Assembly (NCBI GenBank): GCA_050084985.1
Contig: JBITNC010000001.1
Location: 184,140,001-184,204,000, forward strand
Source of the DNA: Nageia nagi
Lineage: Eukaryota > Plantae > Pinophyta
Reading direction: 5' to 3'
Length of the DNA stretch: 64,000 nt
Shown: in pieces, positions 13,680 to 26,287 of the stretch
How the letters are laid out: the number at the start of each line of letters is the position of its first letter
How positions within the stretch are numbered: the first letter of the stretch is position 1
The notes under the pieces: model-generated
Told to the model about the DNA's origin: nothing
The model's database searches: none
The model's input: the letters and a program-made list of their open reading frames with translations, nothing else
Made by a program: the position numbers and the translations under genes

Positions 13680-14650
13680 TTCCTTTCATATTTAAAAAGA
13701 CCCTTCATTGCTAAGATTCTTGCCAAAATAATCTCTGGGAAAAAGAGTGTCAAATTTACCAAGTTTGATGGTATGTAGGATCCTAGGATGCAAGTTCATA
13801 AATTTCATGAAGAAGCTATTGAATATATGCATGATCAAGATTTGTTTGCTAAGTTGTTTTCTTATAGTTTGAAAGTTGAGGCTCTCAAATGGCACTTTTG
13901 GCTTCCCATAAGCAACATTTATAGGTATGAGTATTTTATTCAGATATTTTTGCATGATTATTGTTATAACATTACTGAGAAGGTTTATGTTAAGGACTTG
14001 TGTAAAATTAAATAAATCCCTAACCAATTAGTGAAGGATTTTGTAAATATATGGAAACAAAATGCTCATAAACTCACCATGCATGAACATTAACTCAAGC
14101 ATATTTTTTTGGATGGTCTCTTGCCTATATATAAGCAATTTATCATCTCTAATCATTATATGTCTTTAGGATATATGATTGACACTGTTACTAAAAAGGA
14201 ACCATGCATTAAAAATTTGAGTGTTATGAAACATGTTGAGCATACTTCACCTACAATACCTATTACTAAAAATCAACCCAAGGTTGAAGCAAATCATGTT
14301 GCTATCAAAAAATGAGGTAGTTCCCCATGCAAACATACTTGCCAATATACTCCTTTGACTAATACTATTAATAATATTCTAAATATATTATTAGATGAGG
14401 AACTAATTGAATTTCCTCCTATTGTTGAACCTAAGTTTACTAATGGTGTACTTAAAAACTTTCACTATGAGGAATTTTGTAATTATCATAGGGTACTTGG
14501 TCATCTAACCCAAGATTGTAAGATACTTTGTAACCTTATACAAGATTTCATTGATAATAAAGTAATCAATATGGATCAACAACCAACATATAAATAGGAC
14601 CTATACATTAGGATAATACACAGCTAGGGGTATTCAATAATCCCCTACCA
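13680..14650 (+). pseudogene. Retrotransposon gag remnant
   Basis: KLFSYSLKVEALKWHFWLP is a retrotrans_gag-type core. FCNYHRVLGHLTQDC is a Tat/Ogre-type CxxHxxxGHxxxxC knuckle. Confidence 0.8.
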
Positions 14651-17600
14651 TCTTTACAATCTTAAGGGTGCATGGGTATAATAAATATTTCTCATAATTT
14701 ACATTCTTTTTTGGATAATACTCATGCATTTAGAAATCCTCCTCCAAATAGGAAGAAGAATAGAATCAAAAGACATGGTGCCAATGGTGTGCATTCTTGC
14801 TTTCATAGCACCAATGGTGTGGGGATGACTAGTACAAAAGTGCCTCTTTTTTTCCTACCTCTATAAAGTGTTTTTGGGTGGAAAAAACTCCCCAGGTACA
14901 TAAAGTTATTCCTTTATCTCTTTTTGACATCATAATAAGTGTATATTAGTAGCTAGGTTATTTTTGATGTATTTTTGTTTTCCTATTCTATGTATTCACT
15001 AGTCCAATGCTTTTTATTCTTTGTATCAGTCTTTTCTTTCTATGTCTGTAATCTAGGGATCCAACTCCTTTCTGTGCATGATGCTAATGCCCTATTATCT
15101 TTGTGTCAGGGTGCTAATGTCATGAGTTTCCTAGAATAGAATGTTTAAAATCCACTCTTTATTATTCTAAACCATGTTCCCTAGCCTCTAGGTGGATCTT
15201 GGGTATTGTGCCATGATATTTATGCTCACATACACCCTCCTAACCTTTTTTGATTTCTCCAAGGTATCTTGGATCCTTCAAGGGTTGTGTTATTTCAATT
15301 TGTGTGTCTATATTATGATCATTATCAGTTGTACATAACATAATGTGTGTGTGCTTAGCATATTTTACTATTAATGAGTTAGTTTTTAGAGTTCATTATG
15401 CTTGTATGTGTGTCCAATGTAAACCATTTAAAAATAACACAAAGATAAAAAACATAGAGTATTGAGTCTGCCAAATGGGTCATATATATATATCTCAAAC
15501 ATCAAAATTTGGTACAAAATAGGTATACTTGGGCCTTAGCCCTACATCATCCACCCCTATGGGTGGGCACTAGTACCACTACTAGATGTCTCACTTCTAG
15601 AGTGTACCCTCCTACCACTACCACTAGCTCCAGATATAGAGACTCCACTCGAGATATCACTTGCTGTGAGTCCATGAGTCTCCAAAAGCGTCTTGGTCCT
15701 TGTATACTTGGCTTGTAATCTAGATATCTCTAAGTATTACACTATAATATAATCATGTTGAATTTATAGGAATGACCATTACTGATCTGGTGGGGGCATG
15801 GTGAGCTTATCTTAGAGACCCTTCACTATTTGATAAAGTGAAGCCACCTCTACATCCTATGTCACAAGTGTAGACCTCACCATAGCTAACTCCACCTCCA
15901 TTAGCTAGAGACATGTCATCTCAACCTCCATTGGCCTTAGTCTAGCTATCTTAGCCTCCATAGTTGATACCTATGCATTTGACACCCCTATCATATCATA
16001 CATAATGCTAGTTAGTCTCTCATTAGCTACATTTAAAATTTTGAAAATCATGAAGCACTATGAGAAGAATATTTCTTACCTGGAGTGGGGGCAATTGTTG
16101 CTAGCACCTTTAATACCCTTATTGGTGGAGGCCCATCATAGATGAGATCATATACATTCATCTAATCATCCTCCTTTGATGGTAGGTTTTCCACATCATC
16201 ACTCTCACTATTCAACTCTTTTAGGCATAAAGAGCCTAGATGCATAGCTATCCACCATGCTACATAACTGAGGCCAACCTTGAAAGCCATGGCTAACACC
16301 ACAATAACATCCTCTACTGGTAGCTATAGCCACCCTATCATCCACACTAGCATATCTTGAGTACCATCAAGAATGTCTCTCTCCACTATGTATTAATGGT
16401 ACATTGGGGGTACTATTGGAATTGGTTGCTATATCCCAAACTATCTCAACACTTGCTTTGGATGATATGGATCCATTATCTTCTACTAGGTCTTAAAGAA
16501 GTGGGTTTACCTCACCCATGCCAAATGATGAGCATCCCCATGCCACACATAATTAGTGTAGCACACCCATATTATGTTTATCTCTTGGGGGTCATCAATG
16601 TCTCTCCTCCTTGTCTCCATGGATCGAGGAGGCCTATATCTACCTAATGGGCTAGTTCAACATGTTAAGGCCACATATGTTGGGTCATCTCTCACCCTTT
16701 ATAGTCCCACTAGCCTAATAACTAAGATGTGCTCATACTGACTTTATCAACATTGATGAATGAATACAAATCCTTGTAAAGCTATGCTAGTACTACTGGC
16801 CCCCACATGAACTATCACCTTCGAGCATATATCTCTTGTAGTATCTATTTTATCCTAAGAGAAAAAGTTGAATGGCCTTTATCAAGACATAAATAAGTAG
16901 TAATAATAGCTACCACATGTAGCCTTAGATGTATCCCTACTCTGAAAAACCTACAACCCTATGTAAGTCACACCATTTAATGATCCTAGTCATGGTCATC
17001 TAATCTAGTCAACCATATATGTTCAACCCCATGAGTGTTATCATCCCCCATATCATGATGATATATCATGCCACCCATAATGGGTATACCCTAGATCTGG
17101 TACACATCCTTTAGAGTTAGTATCATTTCATGAGTGGGAAGGTGAAATGAGTAGCAATCCTAATCCCATCTCTCAACCAATGCAATGAGAAAAGGTGTAT
17201 CCACCTATATTGTCCCTATGTATGCAAGCTCACCTAACATGGCTAGGATTTAAAATATCATTTTATAGTGCATACTTTTCTATGATATACAAATAAATAA
17301 ATTAGATTATGAATACTTAATCTTAGCCATTTGGTAGGGTAAAAATTTATCTTCAAAAAGGTTATTTCTAAGCAACCACAGGCCCATGATATTTGCAAGA
17401 TTTGGTAACATATGAAGGCATGGCTTGATTAGACAACTTTCTCTACTTATTTCATGATGCCAGTAATGTATTGACATTAGGGCATTTATGATGTACCAAT
17501 CCATGAGATACTCAAATGATTAAAAACCCTCTTGTACTTATCCTTAATTATACCTTTCTAGCATGAGGATTGATACTAAAATTATGCTTCCATTGCAAGG

Positions 17601-18275
17601 TACAAATATTTTTCTTTTTTATCTTCATTTGAAATTATTAAGCATGTTAATTTCACATTTGGAAAGGTTGATATTTGTTAACAAGAATTGATACATGCCA
17701 AATGAATAAATTGGCATGTATTGGTTGGCCTACGGTCAGCATGGAGAAATATGTAGAATGATGGGGCATTATCTACCCTTCTAGAATTCACTCTACATTA
17801 TATGCTACATTTCTCACAACTTTGAATAACTTTATTATCCTCTAAGTGTTGGCAATTCATGATTATCACCTAGATGATGACATGATGATGTGGTGAATTT
17901 GGGCTTCATGCATGTCGCAAGATGGCTTCCTTACCCCCTTTTTAGCATCAGCTAGGGCCAATCTCATATTCAACTACAAGTATGATGAATCAATAGAATT
18001 TGGATAATAGTAGTCAATATAATTTTATTTTAGCCAAATTCAAGGAATCTTATGATTTAAACAACATGGAAGACCATCCACATGGTGTTGGTGGCATACA
18101 TTAACTTATTTTTAGGGCATCAATGACATACATCCTTCATGCAGAATTAAACTCAAGCTTCCAAACATTTACAAGTTTGAATATTAGGAAGTTCATCATT
18201 ATAGCTTAGTATATTATAATATATTATATTTATTTCATCTTTATTTTGCATTGCTAGTGTATTTAGATTATGTAC

Positions 18276-18801
18276 ATCAAAACACATGATCATCAATGGC
18301 TAATGATATGGCTAGTGAGAGCTCACTCACTTAAAAGTAAATTGGTGATGTAGTTGTGAGCAATTTTTTGACATTGGATCATCTCCAATGGATGATACAT
18401 TTTACTATGTTTCCACATGAGTTTTTCTTTGAACCCATCTCAAGCATACTATCTTTGGATCCTATACATAAAAATGCATGATTGCTAATGGCCAAAGATA
18501 CAGTTAGTGAGAGTTCACTTACTTAAAAGTAAACCAATGATGCAATCATAAGCAATTTGTTGACATTGGATCATATCTAATGGAAGATACATTTTTCTAT
18601 GTATCCACATGGTTTTTGCTTTGAACCCATCTAAAGAATACTATCTTCAGATCATAGACATACAAATGTATGATCATCGATGGCTATTGATACAATTAGT
18701 GAGAGTTCACTCACTTAAAAGATAAATCAATGATGTAACCATAAGCAATATGTTGACATTGGATCATCTCCAATGGATGAAACAACTTACTGTGTATCCA
18801 T
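18276..18801. repeat. Tandem array, ~191-bp unit, ~2.7 copies
   Basis: agtgagag(c/t)tcact(c/t)acttaaaag and ttgacattggatcat recur at ~190-bp spacing. Confidence 0.9.
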
Positions 18802-19359
18802 CATTGTTTTATGACTAACATTTCATTGCAAGTAGGTAGATCTAGCAAAAATAGAACAAAATTATAGTCAAAACCAAGGTGCCAACATCATGCTCACAAT
18901 CTATTGGGCCATTAGTGTCATACCATTGATTATTATTTCCACTCATCCAAACTATCACCTCTCTATTTCATGACATGAACTTAAGTACATCAGCTTCCTA
19001 AGTATCAAACATAATGAAATGACTAGATTCATGATTGAAATAGTATAAGTGATTTAAATCATATCTTCCATCTCCAGTGTTTGATATAGATTTTTATAGT
19101 CATCCAAACATCATCCAAATAGTATTCCTAAAGGCATTTTCTTTAGTAGCTTTTGCTTTGGCTACTTCATTCAAGGATCTTTCCTAAGGCACCCAAGCCA
19201 AAAGGGGGGTAACACAAGGTCCCTTAATATCAACTATTCATCTTCAGCAAAAGACAACATCAATAAAAAGATAAAATAATTTTCTTCTATATCTTGGCTA
19301 CACCTTTTCTTTGGACATGTAATTTCATTAATTCAATCACACATCCAAAGAGGGGCAAA

Positions 19360-20030
19360 TGTAGATGCCTCAAAATGAACCTTTATGTATTTAATAAATC
19401 ATTTTAATCTCTTAATAATGTATTATTTAAAAAGGGATTTAAAATGTATAAAAGAGGTGTAGGCCATATATTTGACCCTTGTGGATTATACAAGGGGTCA
19501 AATATTTAATAAAAGCATCCCTATATAAAGGCATTAAATACATACAAAGATGGAGGATGGGATTATCATCAAGAGGAAACTAGATAAGGAGAAGATTACA
19601 ATAGACTTAAGGCTTCTAGCAATTGAAGATCAGATAGAGAATCAAGGATTCAAACATCATTCGTAAAGAAAACCTTTGCAAGGTCTTATTATTTGTAAAA
19701 AGTGAATCTCTTATCTCAAATATTATCATACTTTTGTTATATTTATAAATCATTTATTTGCTTATCATTTCATCTTTCATTGCATCTTTAATTTGATTAT
19801 TAACATGATGTTGAAGGTGTACTATTAGCAGGGCATTGACATCATACTAGTGTGTATGATATCACATGTACCTTTCCTTGATTAATTGAATATGCATGTT
19901 AATGAAATGAACTTGTATGTTTAATCATATATTGTCATATTCTCACTTTATGTCAACTAACTAATAGACCAAATAGTGCATGTGTTAATTCCTCAAAATA
20001 ATTACACTATCACATTATTTAGGGTCTACA
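19360..20030 (+). repeat. 3' LTR of the nested element
   Basis: It follows the PPT and repeats 11776-12446. Confidence 0.95.
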
Positions 20031-21795
20031 AATACTCTCCCCCTCTATCACTTCTTACACATGTAATTTTATGATCCTCTCATTCTCAACCAACTCATTG
20101 AACTCCTTAAAATACCCAAATGCCTCATCTTTATGTTTGATAAAATAAACCCAACACATTCTACTAAAATCATCAAATAAAAGAGAGGAAATAAGAATCT
20201 ATACCAAGATTCTTTGATTGCATTGGTCCACATAAATTAATATGAACCAACTATAATGGGAATGAGGTCCTCCATTCTTTCCCATGATCAAATTTTTATC
20301 TTTTTTGCTTTCCCAAAAATCAATATTTAGAAATAGATTTAGGATCTTCAATAAGAGGCAAACCATGAACAAGATCATGAGATAACTTCAAGCTATTAAA
20401 ATTCAAGTGGACAAATCTGATATGCCACATCCAAGACATGTCATTTAGAGGCCACATTTGTAATAATAATACCCTCTTTATCTTCAAGCTTTAATGGAAA
20501 TAACCAATTGGAATTCATGTGAATAGTAGTAACATGCTTATTCCCATGATTAATGTCAATCATTACATATTTTTCATCCTCAAAAACTAACTCATAGTTA
20601 TTCTCCATAATCTACCTAGTGTTAAGAAAATTGTGAGCCATATCTAAAGTGTGATAAACATCATTCACCTTATTCATTCCATGCTTGGTAGGCACCACAA
20701 GCATGCCTTTACTAGACACTTCTATTGCATAATTTTTTTAAAGCTTAATTCTTGACCTATAGGATTGATCAATTGAAGAGAGAAGCTCCCCTTTTTGAGT
20801 CATATGGTTGGAGCTACTAGTGTCCAAAAAACAAGTTTATTCACATTTTAATTTAGCTACATTAGTTATCTCATCCATGGAAAGAAATAGAGTTTCACCA
20901 TACTCTTATTCCTCTCCATAATTGGCTTCTCTTCCTTCACCACTATCTGCTTGTTTGGCTCTACACTCCCTCTTAGAATGCCCATATTTGTTACAATTAA
21001 ATTATTGAGCATTACTCTTATCACTATTACCTCTACATCTTCCTCTTGAGTTTTAAGAGCCTCATATTACTCTACCTCATCCTTTTCTTCTACCTCTTCT
21101 ACTTTCTTGCCCATTTGAGCTTCATTCACCTTCTTTTGCAGTAAAGGCTTTCTTATCCTTACTAGACTGAATTGGCTCATCATCTAGCCTATCTTCATGT
21201 GACATGAGAGAGAATATGAGAGACTTATTATCCATTTGGTAGAGGTATTTATTCTCCTCCAAACTCATAATAATGTGATTCCACTTCTTAGTAAGAGATC
21301 TCAAAATTTTCTTAATAACCATTACATTTCCCAAGTTCTCTCTAAGAGTAGACATTTTGTTTACAATATCCTTCACTTTAATATAGTAATCTAAAGCTTT
21401 CTCAATCTCCTTTATCTTGACAGTTTCAAATTATTTCCTTAAAGTCTAAAACTTCACCTCTTTTACTTGGTCACTCCCTTATAATCCTTTTGTCAAAATT
21501 GTCTAAGCATATTTGGCTATCTTACAACCTGTAATTTTGGGAAAAATAATGCTCCTATCAAGAGCTTCTTAGAGGTGAGATAAGAAAAGAGAGTTCTTGC
21601 TCCTATATTACTTCTTGGCCTTCTTATCATATACTAAAAAGTGATCCAATCTACTAGTTCTATGTAGCCATCATAAATAATACCCCACAAATCTTTTCCT
21701 ATGAGAAAATTTTGTATCTTAATGCTTTAGTACTCATAGTTATTGCCATCAAACTTTGGAGAAGGAATAGATAATGATCTTGTGTTGCTAACCAT
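20031..21795 (-). pseudogene. Copia gag, PR and INT N-terminal part of copy 2
   Basis: ORF 21122-21376 (KKILRSLTKKWNHI) and homology to 2085-3787. Confidence 0.9.
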
Positions 21796-21903
21796 TATAA
21801 TTATAAAAAAATAAAACAAGACTCTACATGTAACCTTTGCAATTTCTAGAAGCCACAAGCTTTCTCAAACCCAACTAAGATCCAACAAAGCTCTGATACC
21901 AAA

Positions 21904-22427
21904 TGAGGAATTCAAAAGAATTAAAATAAATAAAATTAGAGCTATAATGTAAATAATAATAGTAGAACTGGATAGGAATAAGTTATATTAATGCAAAAAT
22001 GAATTTACAATATGAAGTTCAATAATGAAGCTTCATACACTTTTCAATGGTAAGAGTTATATTAAATTGAATGAGGATAATACAAATAAAGAGTAATCAA
22101 ATCTAGACTAAGTTACAAGCATTTTAAAAATCTAGTAACTAAAGATAACAACTTTTACACATGTCAAATATGCTAGGGAAAGCTAGAAGAAGAAAATAAA
22201 TTGAATAAAAATGCCAAAACATAGCTTAGGAATGATGACTTTTGAGGCACTTTTAATTTGGGCTTAACTGCTAGGTTGCAAATTGGGTGCCTAAGTCTAT
22301 TTGATTGGGTGTAGAATAGTTGACACATTTGGGGGATGGTTGGCTATCCAATTTGCAAGAAACTGGTTGAGTAATAAATTTATAAAATATTAAATGTTGC
22401 CTTTGGATAAGTGTTGAGTTTCCAATG
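21904..22427 (-). repeat. 5' LTR of Copia copy 2
   Basis: It is adjacent to the PBS gctctgatacca (21890-21901) and homologous to 3896-4432. Confidence 0.88.
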
Positions 22428-22878
22428 TAACCCTCACCACTAACCCTAACCACTAACCACTATCCCTATCCCTACCCCTACCCCTAACCAAGTTAACCCT
22501 AATTACCTTAACAATAACCCCATATAATTAATATAATTTAATAAATTTAACACTAACCTTATATAATTAATACCTTAATTTTAATATAATTTTATAAAAA
22601 ATTAAGTTTATAAAAATTTAAATTATTTTGATCCCAACCATGTTAGTCTATGATAGGTTGAGGCCCCTCTTACTTGCATTAATGAGCTTTGTATATATTT
22701 TATAAATTAAGAAGCACTAGTGTACATTAAGATAATTATATATAGGTGATATGATAAGTTTGATTTGATGAACTATGATAATTTTAACCCTAACCCTAAC
22801 CTTAACCCTAACCACGACTGACCCTAACTATTAACCCTAATAATAAACACTACTAACCCTAACCCTAATACCTTTTAT
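22428..22878. repeat. Second copy of the flank containing telomere-like repeats
   Basis: Collinear with 4432-4845, with (CCCTAA)n runs at 22428-22502 and 22785-22870. Confidence 0.85.
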
Positions 22879-22881
22879 TCT

Positions 22882-25550
22882 TGTAGAATCACACTCTGAG
22901 AGGGCTAATATTCTTTATATTATTTATTGTTTCATTTATTCATTCATTTCATAATAAAAACCCTTCTTTAATTACCACTCATTATTCCCTTTTCTTTCAT
23001 TTGTAAATATTTGCATGTATTTAATCCTCACTTAAGATTCTTATATATTCTCAGGTCATATTTGTATTACTAGGTCTTAGTAAGAAGGGAGTAATTAAAA
23101 ATTATCATTTTGTTACAAAGTAGGTGTTGTTCATGCATATTTTAATGAGTTATATTTGAGATATGTGTAATAGGCATAAGATGAAGAAGTCTCCATTTTG
23201 TAATATCAACTAAGTCATTTTCAAGATTTGTCTAAGTCAAAATTTGGGCCTTATTTTCAAGTATTATTATTATTATATGTATATAGAGTGTGTGTATGTC
23301 TAAGTCAAGTTTGGGTGCTATTTCAAGTTTTGTTACTTAGGTTCAATTTTATATAATTTGGGGGTTATTTTCAAGCATTATCATTAGAGTCAAGTTTAAT
23401 AAGGCCTATGAAAATCCAAAGGTGATGTCATACTTTTTGATGGAAATCAGTGGGCTCTAGATAACTTAGTTGGTAGCTGGTCCCAATAGTTCTTCATGGT
23501 GGGAGTTATTCACTACTCCATATTCAACAAACCCTACTAATTTTAAGTAATGATATCACACCTTTTTGGAAAAATCAATGGGCAATAAACATCTCAGGTT
23601 CTAGCAATACCTATTGATGTGTAACAAGACCCACCAAGGGGAAGTGAGCATTGCAAGAAGAGAGGAACACCCAGGTCCACTCAATCAAGAATGTATGACC
23701 CTTGAGACTCTACCAACATGTTAAATGCAACTCATTTCCACATTGTAGTAGTAGTTTAATCTCAGGTTTGAATGATCACATCTTCCTTCACCCTTAAAGT
23801 AGTCATCACTAGAACTATAGAGAAGCATTTAATGATCATTGAGAGTTGTTAGGTCACTAACTAATCAATTAGCCTAATTGTATACATAGAAAAGGTAAAC
23901 CATACCTCATAAATATAAAAATAGTTCATATGTTCCATGGTAAATATATAAAGGATGATTGGTAGTTGGATTGGTACATGATTGAAGGTCTAAAAATTCC
24001 AAAAATCAATGTTACATCGAGACCATAATCCATAATCAATTCTAGTTGTACATTTTTTTGTACATGATTGTAAGTACTTAGTTTCATTAGTTCTTAGTCA
24101 ATATGGTAGTTGTAGGTATTTATGGTGGACAACCACCCATTTTGTAAATAGAACATTATAAATAGTGTACTATTAGAAGTCTAAAAGGTCAAACATTTTA
24201 GCAAAGTTACCTAGTGTGAGAAGTATTTTCATATTTCAAAATGTAATATAATGGTATTTTTCCCTCTATAATTTGTGGTTGTTATCTTATTTTGTAATAA
24301 TTATGTAGAAAGCATTTTCCTAAATTATGGCTATGTATTGCAATTACAAGACCCCAAGAGTAAGTTAGTTATTCTATTCTTAGTCTTGGCAATGGATTAC
24401 TACCTGTGTGATGATGCTTAGGCTAATTAGTTCTAATTTTCTTTCTCTAGTGTATATTTTGATTTCTTTACTATTAATCTTTACCTCTTTCATCTCTTTC
24501 CAATCATTTTTGACCTCTTTCCTAGATAGAAACCAACCTATAACTTGGATATTGAGCAAAAAAACCCCATGATTTTATTGTCCCACCACCTTCTTCTCTT
24601 TTAAGAACCCTACTATTATAGGCAATGGAGAACTATACTAGACCAAACCTTTAGGTTACATTATACTAATCAATAGTAGAAATATTTATTTTTGGCATGC
24701 TTGATGGGACATGAGCAAAGATCCATATCATTTAGGTATAAATCAACTAGATAGCTATGTTTGGTAAGCTATCACCCTTTTTATTCAAATATTATAAGGC
24801 TTCTTTAAACCTTATTGGAAACTCTATTGTTATACCAATCATATTTTTGAACCCTAGCACCTCTAGTTTGTAGATTTACTAGAAGTGGTGCCAAAAATTC
24901 TTCCCAATAACCTAGATTTCAAGAGCTATTAATTCCTTAAAGGGGACTAAGAAAAAGATTTTTTATATTCTCTCTCCTCAAATTCCTTTGAGAGCCATTC
25001 TATTAACAACTACATTTGATTCAATCTAGCAAAATCATTCACCTCACACAACTAGTTCAAACATGGCTCAACCTACCCCTGCTAACTTTCCTACTTGGAA
25101 TAATAGTCATCAATTGGTAGTTCCTACCAATTCCCTAGCTATTCCCTAAGCAACCTTTAAATTTTTTCCTAAATATGATGGATCAAGAAAAATGCCTTTC
25201 GAGCATTGTCAAGATGTATCTCTTTTGGCCTCTAGTTTTGATATCAATGATGAAATTGTAATGACTAGATTATTATCACATTCTTTTGAAGAAAAAGTAG
25301 TTGAATTTTTTATAACTCTCATTATTTAATCAATAAATATATTGAGAGAGCTATGTCAAGATTTAACAAAGAGATTTGCTAAAGATGATGATGATAGCAC
25401 CTTTCAAATCCTCATAACATGTATTAAAAAATATCCCCATGAGTTTGTGGATGATTTTAACATCAGATTTAAGAAAATTTGGAAATCCATTCCAAAAAAG
25501 ATCATACCAACTAATGATCAAGCTCTGGTATACTATAGAAAAGCCTTCCA
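22882..25550 (+). mobile_element. 5' part of a Ty3/Gypsy element (putative LTR, PBS, gag), truncated by an insertion
   Basis: PBS-like TGGCATGCTTGATGGGAC (24693-24710) resembles the complement of a plant tRNA-Arg 3' end with transition changes. Gag remnants are FPKYDGS and ORF 25342-25560 (FVDDFNIRFKKIWKSIP). The left boundary (TGTAG at 22882) is tentative. Confidence 0.65.
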
Positions 25551-26287
25551 TGATCCATAATCACCGAATGCTCATAGCATACTCAAATCCTCACTTACAA
25601 ATTCAAACAAAAATACATTCAACATTATGAGATCATACAAATTGAATATAAATTTGAAAATTACACAATGTGAATCACAAACTAGCAATCTCAAACACAC
25701 AATAAGATCAACACAATGATTTTACCTTGGTTTATCTAATGTGGGATAATCTATCATTGAATTAGAGCCTTCTCTTTTCATTGTCTATGGACACTACAAT
25801 TTTACATGCATAGAGAAATACCATCAACATAATGGTAATATAGTCTCCTACAATTATTGCAATCTCTTACATTAAGAAGAAAAATACAATCTCAAAACTA
25901 TAGAACTCTGGAATGACTCTTGGCCTTCCTTCAAATCTTATAATCCCAAAATTTACAAACTCTCAAAACTCCCATTGAAGAAACAATGAGAGTGGCATGA
26001 TATTTAATAATCATCAAATCACCTCAAAAACATCTTCTTAACATTAGTTATGGAAGCTAAAATAGTTCCTCTTCCCAACACATCAATGTACCTTCGATTC
26101 CCATTGCTAACTCATCAAATTATAGGATGGTGGAGGCCTAGATTCAAATTTTTGCACATCATTAGTGGCCTAAAATTGAATGCTAATGAACTCTAGATTT
26201 TAGTCTTGAGTCTATCTTCAAGCATATATGCCTTTGGACTAAGTACTACTCTTAAAAATATAACCTGACATGATCCAATTAGGATCA
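25551..26287 (-). repeat. 3' LTR of the chromovirus-like element (~737 bp)
   Basis: Termini are TGATCC...GGATCA. The right end abuts the PPT and the left end cuts the host gag frame. Confidence 0.7.

Larger units (their letters stand above)
11776..20030 (+). mobile_element. Nested Ty3/Gypsy (Tat/Ogre-like) LTR element with gag but no detectable pol
   Basis: Paired LTRs TGTAGA...TCTACA (11776-12446 and 19360-20030), PPT aaagaggggcaaa before the 3' LTR, and a degenerate 5-bp TSD catat/aatac. The empty site in Copia copy 1 is agagg-tatac-tttccc at ~2078-2093. Confidence 0.92.
9099..22427 (-). mobile_element. Ty1/Copia LTR retrotransposon copy 2, interrupted by a nested element at 11776-20030
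   Basis: 5' LTR 21904-22427, PBS 21890-21901, gag ATG ~21795, pol in 20031-21000 and 9390-11775, PPT (AAGGGGGAT on minus, 9361-9369) and a partial 3' LTR 9099-9358. It is collinear with copy 1. Confidence 0.93.
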
